Shown: positions 8,975 through 17,798 of the stretch, one piece after another
Layout: the number at the start of each line of letters is the position of its first letter
Numbering within the stretch: position 1 is the stretch's first letter
Source of the DNA: a virus
Direction: 5' to 3' (one strand)
Virus record (IMG/VR): IMGVR_UViG_3300031519_004866
Length of the DNA: 64,000 nucleotides
Position numbers and translations under genes: made by a program
Notes under the pieces: model-generated
What the model saw: only the letters and a program-made list of their open reading frames with translations
Database searches by the model: none
What the model was told of the DNA's origin: nothing

Positions 8975-9003
8975 ATTATATTTAGGTTTTTGTTAAAGAG
9001 CAA
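8975..9003 (-). promoter_or_regulatory. sigma70-type promoter TTGCTC-N17-TATAAT for clamp-dpdA cluster
   Basis: Hexamers with 17-nt spacer, followed by SD GGAG. Confidence 0.55.
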
Positions 9004-9020
9004 GAATTTTTTTATCCAAA

Positions 9021-11690
9021 CTACTCAAAGTCAAACAAGCTATTAAAGTTATTATCACTTCTAGTAGATTTAATATCCCAATCCAATACTCCAATAAGGT
9101 TGCCAAGTTTTTCGTCAATGACTGCATTTTCCATAGCCTCGCCATCAAATGGCAGTTCTTTAAACCATTGCGGTATTCTTAGTTCGTCTACAGGATATGC
9201 AATACTTGTATAGCCCATAGGATTCTGTTTAACTTTACAAACAATAACTTTAGCACCGTCAGTGATAGTAATAGAATACTTGTCATCATTCATACGCTTT
9301 AGCGTGTTCCAGTTAATACTTGCTCGAACATGTCCGGGCATGTTAGCTTTACCTTGCTTCTTTTCTTTAGCTTGGTATTCAGTAACTTTGTTTGCACGTT
9401 TAGGTGATCCTTTCTCCCAACCAGGTCTTGCTTTAAATTCTGTTCTAAATTCAGTAATGTAATCTAGTACATTTTGTTGTTCGGCACCTGCAAGTACACG
9501 AGTCAACACTTCATTTAAAAATTCCTGAATAATAACAGGAGTATCCGAACGTTTAAGATCTAAGCCCATTGCTTTAATCTTTCCGTCTTTGCCGTCTACA
9601 TCTGTACGTTTGCCTTCAATATCGTAATACAATACAGCATAACGCTTTTTAGTAATAAACAGACCTTTGGTTGCAACAATTTCTCTAGCTGCCGCAATAA
9701 CATCTGAACGACTCTTTGGACAATGGAATGCATCCATCATAAACTTAGGAAACGTTGTATTGCAGTTGTCGCCTATTGTGTCATACAAGTTCATAACACT
9801 TTCACGATCCCACGGAATATTACCTGCATCTATCTCATCTTTAAGTGTGCTATATGCACTAAAGTATGTAGAGTCAGTATCACCATATACAATTGACTTG
9901 CCAGTGTGATCATACTCGCCAGTGATAATTTCGTTAATCTTTGCAGCCATATGTTTAACAATAGCTCTGCCACTTAGTGTTGTTGATTGTCCAATACGGT
10001 TATCAAAGAATCTACAACCTGGATTAAGAATAGCACCATATAAACTGTTAAGCAAAATCTTTTTAACTAACTGCCTTTTAGCCCAGTATTCTTCTTCAAT
10101 TGGATTATTTGCAGAAATAGCATCACGCATCTTGCCTTGCATTTCTTTACGTTCTTTATACCAACGTTTTAGTAGTCCAGGAATGATACCTTCTTTTTCG
10201 TGTGTAAAGATAGTACCGTTAGCACTAAGCATCCATGGCTGGTTACTTTCGTAAATTAGATCGTATACCTGAGCAGCACTAAGAGTGTCTTCACCGCCGC
10301 CTTCTTCCCAATCAATAGTAAGTTGTCTACCAACTTCTTTAGCCATTACAGCTTCGTATTCTACAGAACCAAACTGACCTTCCCAAGCACTAGCAAAACT
10401 TTTACCTTTAGCCATCTCAGCCTCAATACGTGCTTTAGTACCATCTTGACGTAGTTGACCAACAATAGTTTCTGGACCCATGTTTAACGCACGAATCACA
10501 CTAGGATATAGTGAGTTCAAGTCAACACTACCAATCCACTCGTGAATACCTTTTTTAGGATATGCTACATAAGCACCAGCTGCTGGCTCGCTGCCTGGCT
10601 CTCTGCGAATTCTGTTTGGAACAATAAAGCCACGTCTGTGTGCTTCGTTAATAATGCCTTGTTCTGTAACAGCAACAGCACCCATAGTTGTTTGAATAAG
10701 AACTGTGTTTTCGTGTGCAATAGTATTTGCAAGATCAATAAACTTCAGTTTCTTATCTAACTTGTCTAGTAGTGCAGTATCTTGAATGTTATATTCAATA
10801 AACGTTCTAAAATTGTTGTTGTATAGTGCATCAAGTGAACCATCATAAACAGTTTTGTTCTCACCGATCTCTAACTCACCAATAGCATCTAGTCGATATG
10901 TATGGCGTTCTTCATAATTATATTTTCTATATAGTTCTAATGAGTCTACATGCACTCGTCCAATTAAATCATAAGTTACAGATGTTTTACCAAACTTCTC
11001 ATACTCACGCTTTTTAGGATATTGATTCCAAAGACACAACCGTTTTGTATCTTCTTTGCTTAATGTTTTAGTAATACGATTAACTGTGTACGGAATATCA
11101 AAGCCTTCGCTGTTCCATCCACTTAGTACATCAGCTTCTTGAATTACATCAAGAAATGCATCAAGCATTTCACTTTCTTTCTTAAACAGCATTACATTAG
11201 GAATGCCTTCGATAGCTTTCTCTGCTTCTTCCATGCTTAGTGTCTTAGGTGGAATTGCAAAACACACCATTGTTTCCATCCACTGCAAATACACAGAAAC
11301 AGATGTAATTGGCATAAACGCATCTTCTGGTGAAGCGTATCCACGCTCGGGATCAAAGTCAACCTCAATATCAAAAAACGCAACGTTTAGTTTAGGAGCG
11401 TCTTGATTGAGATAGTTATCTTCAAGCATTCTGTAAATTGGATTAATATCGCTTTCAAACAGTTTTTTGTTGCTATGGATAGCAAGTTCTTTGCGAAGCT
11501 CTTTGATGTTTTTACAAGTTACCCTTGATAGCGGTTGTCCATATATACTCTGGAACTTACCTCTAGGGTCTGCGTAATAAAAAATATGTCTTGGGTTGTA
11601 TTCTCGGTAATGTCTATTACCTTTTGCATCACGTTCAACAACGTTAATAACGTCCTGATCGCGATTATAGAAAGCGTCTACGTAACTCAT
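9021..11690 (-). CDS. family B DNA polymerase (T4 gp43-like)
   Basis: Exo FFDIEVD, WNSEGFD, YNIQD; Pol DLNSLYPS, KILLNSLYG, YGDTDS; C-terminal clamp-binding-like NSLFDFE. Confidence 0.97.
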   Translation of the reverse strand: MSYVDAFYNRDQDVINVVERDAKGNRHYREYNPRHIFYYADPRGKFQSIYGQPLSRVTCKNIKELRKELAIHSNKKLFESDINPIYRMLEDNYLNQDAPKLNVAFFDIEVDFDPERGYASPEDAFMPITSVSVYLQWMETMVCFAIPPKTLSMEEAEKAIEGIPNVMLFKKESEMLDAFLDVIQEADVLSGWNSEGFDIPYTVNRITKTLSKEDTKRLCLWNQYPKKREYEKFGKTSVTYDLIGRVHVDSLELYRKYNYEERHTYRLDAIGELEIGENKTVYDGSLDALYNNNFRTFIEYNIQDTALLDKLDKKLKFIDLANTIAHENTVLIQTTMGAVAVTEQGIINEAHRRGFIVPNRIRREPGSEPAAGAYVAYPKKGIHEWIGSVDLNSLYPSVIRALNMGPETIVGQLRQDGTKARIEAEMAKGKSFASAWEGQFGSVEYEAVMAKEVGRQLTIDWEEGGGEDTLSAAQVYDLIYESNQPWMLSANGTIFTHEKEGIIPGLLKRWYKERKEMQGKMRDAISANNPIEEEYWAKRQLVKKILLNSLYGAILNPGCRFFDNRIGQSTTLSGRAIVKHMAAKINEIITGEYDHTGKSIVYGDTDSTYFSAYSTLKDEIDAGNIPWDRESVMNLYDTIGDNCNTTFPKFMMDAFHCPKSRSDVIAAAREIVATKGLFITKKRYAVLYYDIEGKRTDVDGKDGKIKAMGLDLKRSDTPVIIQEFLNEVLTRVLAGAEQQNVLDYITEFRTEFKARPGWEKGSPKRANKVTEYQAKEKKQGKANMPGHVRASINWNTLKRMNDDKYSITITDGAKVIVCKVKQNPMGYTSIAYPVDELRIPQWFKELPFDGEAMENAVIDEKLGNLIGVLDWDIKSTRSDNNFNSLFDFE

Positions 11691-11703
11691 TTATTCTCCT
11701 GTA

Positions 11704-11721
11704 TGTCACTTCTGGCTGACA
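11704..11721 (-). promoter_or_regulatory. 5-bp stem/8-nt loop hairpin just 5' of the polymerase SD (candidate autogenous operator)
   Basis: mRNA UGUCA GCCAGAAG UGACA UAC AGGAG AAUAA AUG. Confidence 0.4.
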
Positions 11722-11782
11722 AATACCCATTAAGCAGTTTATGGCCTGCGATTACCTTCTTCACTTTTATTTACCCTGTGTA

Positions 11783-12028
11783 TCATAACGTGTACAACAA
11801 TCCGGCTAACCCTACTACAGTTAAGATTGCATTAGTAACTATTAATGCTGGTTCTTTCCACATAATGCTGACACTAAGCCAAATAGCACTGCCAACTGTT
11901 AATATAGCAGGACCTGCAGGATAATAGCCTAAGGCATTAACTCCAGTTCCAAAAACTAAAATTACAGTAGCTAACCATTTTAAGTAGTGACTCATGCTTG
12001 TAAAAAAGCTATTATTGTGTTTAATCAT
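11783..12028 (-). CDS. small 3-TM membrane protein
   Basis: Three hydrophobic helices; preceded by a consensus promoter. Confidence 0.65.
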   Translation of the reverse strand: MIKHNNSFFTSMSHYLKWLATVILVFGTGVNALGYYPAGPAILTVGSAIWLSVSIMWKEPALIVTNAILTVVGLAGLLYTL

Positions 12029-12034
12029 ACTTGT

Positions 12035-12063
12035 ATTATAGCATGATTAACGCCGGGTGTCAA
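12035..12063 (-). promoter_or_regulatory. sigma70-type promoter TTGACA-N17-TATAAT, 6 nt before ATG
   Basis: TTGACA cccggcgttaatcatgc TATAAT acaagt ATG. Confidence 0.75.
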
Positions 12064-12069
12064 GTAGTT

Positions 12070-12351
12070 TTATATGATGTGTGTAGCAACAAGATATCCG
12101 TAGATGTTTACTATTCCAAAGTAGCCTGTTAGTAGCATTACCCATGCCGCTCCCCTTCTATAAGCAGCGTAGCATTGTGTTGTGCTACCTACAAAAAAGA
12201 AAGGATATATGAGCGACATGTTAGGGTCTGTTGCGTTCATAGCAAGTGTGAGACTTGCAGCAACAGTGAATACAAAACTAACAAGTTCAAATGCAAAAGC
12301 AACTTTATCAGATTGATAGCTATCAATCCAAAATGATTTGATCTTGTTCAA
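12070..12351 (-). CDS. small 3-TM membrane protein
   Basis: Three hydrophobic helices; TTG start. Confidence 0.6.
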   Translation of the reverse strand: MNKIKSFWIDSYQSDKVAFAFELVSFVFTVAASLTLAMNATDPNMSLIYPFFFVGSTTQCYAAYRRGAAWVMLLTGYFGIVNIYGYLVATHII

Positions 12352-12356
12352 GTGAA

Positions 12357-12626
12357 TTATTCTTTATCGTCGGGGAGGTTTTTGGTAATACCTAAGATAC
12401 CTTCAATTTCTTCCCACTCTTCTAATTGGGAATTCCAGCTATCTTTGTGTGCAATTTTAATTGCTTTATTAATAATACTCGGTTTAATTTGCAGTTCTTC
12501 TGCAACTGCTTTTACAGTGTCTTTTAAGCCTTCGTTCAAATCTTCTACTTCACGTAGTACATTGGAACCTTCTTTAATTAGACGTTCAAGTTTTGCCTTT
12601 TCTTCGGGCCCGTACATTTTTGACAT
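12357..12626 (-). CDS. dsDNA-binding protein (T4 DsbA/GapR-like)
   Basis: REVEDLNEGLKDTVKAVAEELQIKPSIINKAIK coiled coil plus helix-turn pattern. Confidence 0.55.
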   Translation of the reverse strand: MSKMYGPEEKAKLERLIKEGSNVLREVEDLNEGLKDTVKAVAEELQIKPSIINKAIKIAHKDSWNSQLEEWEEIEGILGITKNLPDDKE

Positions 12627-12650
12627 AAGTTATCTCCTAGTTGAAGTTAT

Positions 12651-12679
12651 ATTATATAGTCATAAAAAAAGCCAGTCAA
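12651..12679 (-). promoter_or_regulatory. sigma70-type promoter TTGACT-N17-TATAAT overlapping a terminator
   Basis: Hexamers at 12679-12674 and 12656-12651. Confidence 0.6.
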
Positions 12680-12697
12680 CCTGCAACTGGCTTTTTT
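12664..12697. terminator. bidirectional intrinsic terminator
   Basis: AAAAAAA GCCAGT caacctgca ACTGGC TTTTTT. Confidence 0.8.
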
Positions 12698-12720
12698 ATG
12701 TAGAATTGGATAAATTCTTT

Positions 12721-13878
12721 TTACTTGTCTTCAGCTAGTACGTCAAACATTTTAAATGTTCCACCGTTACGCTCGTAAATTAGTCCTGCAAAAATTTCTG
12801 CTTTGTTAGACTCTTCTACTTTAGAAGCAGCAACTCGTTGTGCCCATGTCCAAAGTACATCGTCTACTGGATCAATTTGTTGTTGTCCGCCGCTCTCTTG
12901 TACAAGTTTAATCATTTCCTTGTAAGTTAGATTGGAAGGATCTTTAATTACTTCAATTGATTCGTTAGTTTTTGTTTTCTTTGCTTTAACTTCAGACATA
13001 CATGCTTCAATCATTTCTTTTAGTTTCTTTTGATCGCAACCTGAATATTCTTTGCAAATTGCTGACTTAGTCATTCCCTTGCCGCACATCATTAAAATCT
13101 TTTTCTTGTTAGGCATTTTTTCTGCTGTAATTACTTCGGCAGCTTCTTCAACTGATTCTTTCTTTTTGCCAAAGAATTTTTTCTGCTTATCTGACATTTC
13201 TTTTTTGCCTTTAGGTGCATCTTTCTTAGCATCCTTAGCAGCTTTCTTCATTGGCTCTTTTTTATCGCCGTCTTTGTCAATGTCTAAGAAGTCTGGCTTA
13301 CCAGCTTCAGCTACCATGTTTTCAAACTTGCTACGGAACTTTGATTCATTGTTCATTGGATCATTGTCAGCTTGAGCTTCGCCTGTACCATCACACTTTT
13401 TACAATCTTTAGCACCATGTTTACCTGTGCCATCACAATGATCACAATCCATATCACGGCCACCGCCTTCTTTAACTGCTGTATCTTTGGACTTTACATC
13501 TTCTTTTTTGGCTTTCTTCTTCTTAGCACCGTGGGACTCAGTAACTAAAATTTCCATATCAGAAGCTGGAACTTTCTTTTCAATACCATGTTTAAACTGC
13601 ACATCGTACCATGCAACGTTACCGCTATCATCTGGAATAGCATGGCTTTCGTAAACTGGTTTACCTTTACCGTACACAGAATGTACTACTGTTGTTGCAC
13701 AGTCGTGGTCTTTAGAATGACATAAGTCTCTAATCTCGTTATCAGTATAACCTTCAAACACAACTTTTTTATATGCGTTGCCTGATGATTCAACTAATTG
13801 CTGTAATGAACCGCTATGTGTGTTAGCGTTTTTACTTTCTTCCTTTGGAAGTTTATTTAATATATCTCTAAAGTCCAT
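12721..13878 (-). CDS. modular, highly charged putative internal head protein
   Basis: Many xxE-S/A junctions; CDHCDGTG...CKKCDGTG DnaJ-like Zn finger; DIDKDGD EF-hand-like loop. Confidence 0.6.
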   Translation of the reverse strand: MDFRDILNKLPKEESKNANTHSGSLQQLVESSGNAYKKVVFEGYTDNEIRDLCHSKDHDCATTVVHSVYGKGKPVYESHAIPDDSGNVAWYDVQFKHGIEKKVPASDMEILVTESHGAKKKKAKKEDVKSKDTAVKEGGGRDMDCDHCDGTGKHGAKDCKKCDGTGEAQADNDPMNNESKFRSKFENMVAEAGKPDFLDIDKDGDKKEPMKKAAKDAKKDAPKGKKEMSDKQKKFFGKKKESVEEAAEVITAEKMPNKKKILMMCGKGMTKSAICKEYSGCDQKKLKEMIEACMSEVKAKKTKTNESIEVIKDPSNLTYKEMIKLVQESGGQQQIDPVDDVLWTWAQRVAASKVEESNKAEIFAGLIYERNGGTFKMFDVLAEDK

Positions 13879-13882
13879 AATT

Positions 13883-14176
13883 TTATCCTTTGGTTTTGTC
13901 CCATTGCTCTTTTAATTTATTGCGAATACTTTCACAAGCATTAGCTTCGTACTCACGTGGTCCTTTTTCTCTAGTGCTGTTAGCCTGAAAGTCATAGGAC
14001 ATTTTTTCGTGAACGGAATTAATATGATCATTAGATATAGTAATATAACTGCTAACCCATCCGTCAAGTTCGTCACCTTCTTCAATCATCTTAAATAGAT
14101 CCATAGCGTTCTTAGCAATGTTTACTAATTCCGATTTGGCCATTTTAGCTTCGTGATCTGGGTGTTTGTTTTCCAT
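13883..14176 (-). CDS. hypothetical protein, putative head-associated
   Basis: DHEAKMAKSEL...LDGWVSSYIT; TAAATA-N5-ATG upstream. Confidence 0.6.
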   Translation of the reverse strand: MENKHPDHEAKMAKSELVNIAKNAMDLFKMIEEGDELDGWVSSYITISNDHINSVHEKMSYDFQANSTREKGPREYEANACESIRNKLKEQWDKTKG

Positions 14177-14184
14177 ATTAATAT

Positions 14185-14574
14185 TTATCTCTTTATCGCC
14201 GCACCGCCACCAAAAATGTTGCCCTTCATATCGAGCCCATTTTTAGCTGTTCCATTAGCAGCTTTTGGTTGCTTTACTTTAGGTTGAGGTGGAGCTTTTG
14301 TGCCTGATTTGCCGCCCCATGGGTCGCCTGTATAAGACTTTTTACCACGTGCTTTGCCTGGACTTAAATGAGGTGCTTCTACACTAGCAATGTTTCCTGC
14401 TGCTGTAGCGCCTGCTGTAGCACTTTCTTCTACGCCTTTATTCTTTTCATAGCAGTCACAATGTTTGCAGTCTGGTCCACAAGAACATTCTGTTACAGGC
14501 TTACCGCAACATGCTTCTGAGCACATTTCGACTTTAGCTTCGAGCTTAACTGCAAATAATTCACTTAATAACAT
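14185..14574 (-). CDS. putative internal head protein with a metallothionein-like Cys cluster
   Basis: MLLSELF N-terminus; CSEACCGKPVTECSCGPDCKHCDC; basic tail. Confidence 0.6.
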   Translation of the reverse strand: MLLSELFAVKLEAKVEMCSEACCGKPVTECSCGPDCKHCDCYEKNKGVEESATAGATAAGNIASVEAPHLSPGKARGKKSYTGDPWGGKSGTKAPPQPKVKQPKAANGTAKNGLDMKGNIFGGGAAIKR

Positions 14575-14578
14575 ACTA

Positions 14579-15454
14579 CTATTTACCTTTCTTCTTGGCC
14601 TTACCAGCTTTCATATTGGCCATCCAATGAGCCATACGTTGTTTTTCACCGCTTGAACTTTTAGCAGTCTTTCTTAAACTACCAACACTAGCTTTAGTGT
14701 TTACTCCACTGCGCTTGGCTAGACCTTTACGCCCTGGCTTTTTACCATCAGCAAAGTTTTCAGTTGCTGGCTCTTGCATATGTTGTTTAATTTCTTTAGC
14801 TGTGCGCTCAAACTTATGATCTTTATGTTTGAATCCAATACCGCCAGCTGCTTCCCATGCATTAATGTTAACACCGTAATCATCAATTAATATATTAGGT
14901 GCACCATCGTTTGTTTTAGCAAACTGTGGCTTGTCGTGTGTAATGTGTATATTCTTAGGTGGAAAAAATGCTAAATTCTTTTTAATCCATTCACGCTTAT
15001 GCGGTTCTGAATTTGGATCATTTGCTAACGGACTTGTACAAATGTTGTATTCGCCTTTGACTTCTTTAATTAATGACAGTAGTTTTTTTGCTTCTGGAAG
15101 TAATGGTAACTTTAACCAAAAGTCATCTGTTGCTCTAATTTTTGCAAGTGCAGGACCAGGGTCTTTAATATCACGGAAACTATCTACACCCATTAGTTTA
15201 GCCCAGTCACCAAAAAAGTCTGCAAGTACTCCGTCCATATCTACATATATTTCAGTAGAAGGATCTAGTTCTCCTAGTTCTTCTGTAAAGTTTTTAAGTT
15301 TAAAGTTTTCTACAATAAAAGATTTCATCATGTTGATGAAAACAGCTTCGTTAGCATGTATAGCAGCTTGTTGCTTTTTGCGCTTAGGATGACCTTTGCC
15401 GTGGATACCTTTCTTACGCCCGTCGCCTTCAATCATTATTTCAGATATTTTCAT
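14579..15454 (-). CDS. HAD 5'(3')-deoxyribonucleotidase flanked by basic peptides
   Basis: VDMDGVLADF, TSP, LIDD HAD motifs; MKISEIMIE leader; K/R-rich termini. Confidence 0.8.
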   Translation of the reverse strand: MKISEIMIEGDGRKKGIHGKGHPKRKKQQAAIHANEAVFINMMKSFIVENFKLKNFTEELGELDPSTEIYVDMDGVLADFFGDWAKLMGVDSFRDIKDPGPALAKIRATDDFWLKLPLLPEAKKLLSLIKEVKGEYNICTSPLANDPNSEPHKREWIKKNLAFFPPKNIHITHDKPQFAKTNDGAPNILIDDYGVNINAWEAAGGIGFKHKDHKFERTAKEIKQHMQEPATENFADGKKPGRKGLAKRSGVNTKASVGSLRKTAKSSSGEKQRMAHWMANMKAGKAKKKGK

Positions 15455-15651
15455 ATCGCTTTTTCGCCTGTCAACTTAGGTAATGAAAACCATAGTTTAA
15501 ACCATTCAGGGGTGCCTGGTTTAATATCATGCTGTTTCATTAGCTCGCCTTTTTCATTTCCACTAATACTAATATTGCTGCCTTCCCAAGGAGTATATCC
15601 TTTGAATTCATTAATGCCGGCAAGTCTAACAATATCGTCTAGTTCAGTCAT
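15451..15651 (-). CDS. hypothetical protein, putative head-associated
   Basis: LDDIVRLAGINE leader; IKPGTPEWFKLWF. Confidence 0.55.
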   Translation of the reverse strand: MTELDDIVRLAGINEFKGYTPWEGSNISISGNEKGELMKQHDIKPGTPEWFKLWFSLPKLTGEKAI

Positions 15652-16862
15652 TACATTTTAACACAGTTGTCTACAGTCTTGCCACCTTTTTTCTTGGTGC
15701 CCATACGCTTGTAGCCTTTCCAGCATACTTTGCCGTCAACGCCTTTTTGTTTTTCTTCGTTAACAGTGCTGTATTGCTTTTGAATTGACTCTGGCATAGC
15801 AACAAATCTAGGCTTGTTACATTCTGAACACACTGATTCATTTGTGCCGTTTACTGCACTATACAGATCTTCTGCAAATTCGCCCACTTTGTCAACAGCA
15901 TAATGTACGTCTAAACTGTTTGCTAGGTCTATTGCTTTAAACACTGCGTCTACTAGTTCTTTATCAGTTAAGTTAGCACTTTCTTTAACTGCTTCATTTG
16001 TTCTTTGTAGTGCTTTTGCAACACTAGGATGATCTGCAAGGCCGGGTGCAATTTTGTTAATCACTTCAACAGCACCTGAATAGTTACCTCCCTTGTATCT
16101 CGGATCGTTTAAAACACCATATGCCATTTTAATTTGTTTATCTGTAAAGCCCATATTGTCTTTACCTTGCATATCTTCGTCAAACTCTCCATCTTCTCCA
16201 TCTGGTTCATCGCTTGGTTTAGGATCTTTAACTTTAGATATGCTAGTATCTTTTTGTGAATCAGCCCATGACATGAGTTTCATAATTTTTGCTTGAGGTA
16301 ATTTTGTTCTCTTCTCAAGCTCTGCAATATCTCTTGCTCCGCCTGGTGCGCCATAACGTGTTAGCTCGTCTCCAACTCTTGACAGTACATTTGATAATGC
16401 ATCGTCTTTAGTTGTAATTGCTTTGTCCATAAGTATTCTACCAAGACGTGATAGCTTCGCTCCTTCTGGATGATCGTACGCATCTGTAAGTTTTGCCTTG
16501 TCTTTTTCTAATGCGTTTTTGCGTTTAATTAATTCTTTTCTAAGTTCTGGATCTTTTGAAGTTTCAGGATCTAACTGAATACCTTGTAAGACCTTTGCTT
16601 TAGCATCGTAATCATCTTTGTCTTTTGTAGGAGTGTACGATTCTTTTTTCATTGCGGCAAATCTATCTCTTTGTGCTTTTTTAGCGGCTTCATCTTCATC
16701 ACGCATCCTTGCAACACCAGCATCTTTATCTGCTTGTGAACGTTTCATTTGCCCGGGTTTTTTATTTTGCTTACCGATACTCTTGCCACCATTATAAGCG
16801 CCAGCTGCTGCCGCTTGGTCTGATGCACTTGATCTAGCTTCATTTCTTATTTTATTATTCAT
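15651..16862 (-). CDS. modular putative internal head protein
   Basis: Repeated NEA/KES/NES junctions; C-terminal CWKGYKRMGTKKKGGKTVDNCV. Confidence 0.6.
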   Translation of the reverse strand: MNNKIRNEARSSASDQAAAAGAYNGGKSIGKQNKKPGQMKRSQADKDAGVARMRDEDEAAKKAQRDRFAAMKKESYTPTKDKDDYDAKAKVLQGIQLDPETSKDPELRKELIKRKNALEKDKAKLTDAYDHPEGAKLSRLGRILMDKAITTKDDALSNVLSRVGDELTRYGAPGGARDIAELEKRTKLPQAKIMKLMSWADSQKDTSISKVKDPKPSDEPDGEDGEFDEDMQGKDNMGFTDKQIKMAYGVLNDPRYKGGNYSGAVEVINKIAPGLADHPSVAKALQRTNEAVKESANLTDKELVDAVFKAIDLANSLDVHYAVDKVGEFAEDLYSAVNGTNESVCSECNKPRFVAMPESIQKQYSTVNEEKQKGVDGKVCWKGYKRMGTKKKGGKTVDNCVKM

Positions 16863-17469
16863 TGTCTTCCCCTGTGTTTTCATCTTTAATACCTAGTCCT
16901 TTTCTTACTGCGCTATAAAGTTCGTCAGCAAATTCACCTGCACCAGTATGTTGTGCAAATTTATTTATGTCACCATTAGCAGCATCAGCTCTTGCTAGTG
17001 TACCACTAATACCTTCTACACCTTCAGCACCATCTTCTCTTTGACCACTGGATTTAAGATCGATTGTTTCAAAATTGTAATACCCATGAGGGCCTTCTTT
17101 GCCGTTATAATCTTTAAGTAGTTTGCCCATAGCTTCAACTCTATCACTACCAGCAACAAATGTTACATGATTATAATTTTGGTCTTCTAACGATACTGCT
17201 ACTTTAAGAATGGTATTAAGGTTTGTATCTTCAACTACGTTATCAGCATATGAAGGATGTATTTTACGAATAAAATTTACTTTAGTAGCATAGTCTAGGG
17301 GATCTTTTTTATTATTTTGGGTTTGACTAGTATAGATTTTATAATCGCCACCAACACTTTTTAAAGTGTCAAACACTTGTTTATGACCTAAGGTAGGTGG
17401 ATTAAAACGTCCAAAGCAAAAAGACACATGCTTGTCTCCAGCAGCTTCGAATAGATCTCTAATTCTCAT
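16855..17469 (-). CDS. HIGH-superfamily nucleotidyltransferase (cytidyltransferase-like)
   Basis: FGRFNPPTLGH, FVAGSDR, ISGTLAR; leader MRIRDLFEA. Confidence 0.8.
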   Translation of the reverse strand: MRIRDLFEAAGDKHVSFCFGRFNPPTLGHKQVFDTLKSVGGDYKIYTSQTQNNKKDPLDYATKVNFIRKIHPSYADNVVEDTNLNTILKVAVSLEDQNYNHVTFVAGSDRVEAMGKLLKDYNGKEGPHGYYNFETIDLKSSGQREDGAEGVEGISGTLARADAANGDINKFAQHTGAGEFADELYSAVRKGLGIKDENTGEDNE

Positions 17470-17797
17470 AATCACCATTCTCTATATGTTCGTCTTGTTC
17501 CTTAGCCATTGCTCTAGCAAGTGAAATAAGGTTTTCTCTAGTGAACTTTTCTTCAGGGTTTTGAATATCAAATTTAATGCAGTACATTTCTTTGCACTGT
17601 TCTAAAGGTCTAATATAAATTTTATATGCGTTTGGGTGACCTTTAAATTTTTGATGTTTCTTAATAGCAGGAAATAACACGTTGGTCATTGCTTCGTTGT
17701 CATTGTCAATAAAGACTCTTAAGTCGTCATGCCAATTAACTTCTTCACGTTCGTGTTCTGCTCTACCAATACTTGAGAATAGTTCGTTTAATAACAT
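17459..17797 (-). CDS. hypothetical protein, putative head-associated
   Basis: Start trimmed to MLLNELF. Confidence 0.6.
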   Translation of the reverse strand: MLLNELFSSIGRAEHEREEVNWHDDLRVFIDNDNEAMTNVLFPAIKKHQKFKGHPNAYKIYIRPLEQCKEMYCIKFDIQNPEEKFTRENLISLARAMAKEQDEHIENGDYEN

Positions 17798-17798
17798 A

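Noticed and set aside
9021-11690. Intein or intron in the DNA polymerase or other core genes
   Set aside because: PolB motifs are contiguous at normal spacing in 889 aa; no intein ends or homing-endonuclease motifs in PolB, ClpA, PhoH or the clamp loader.
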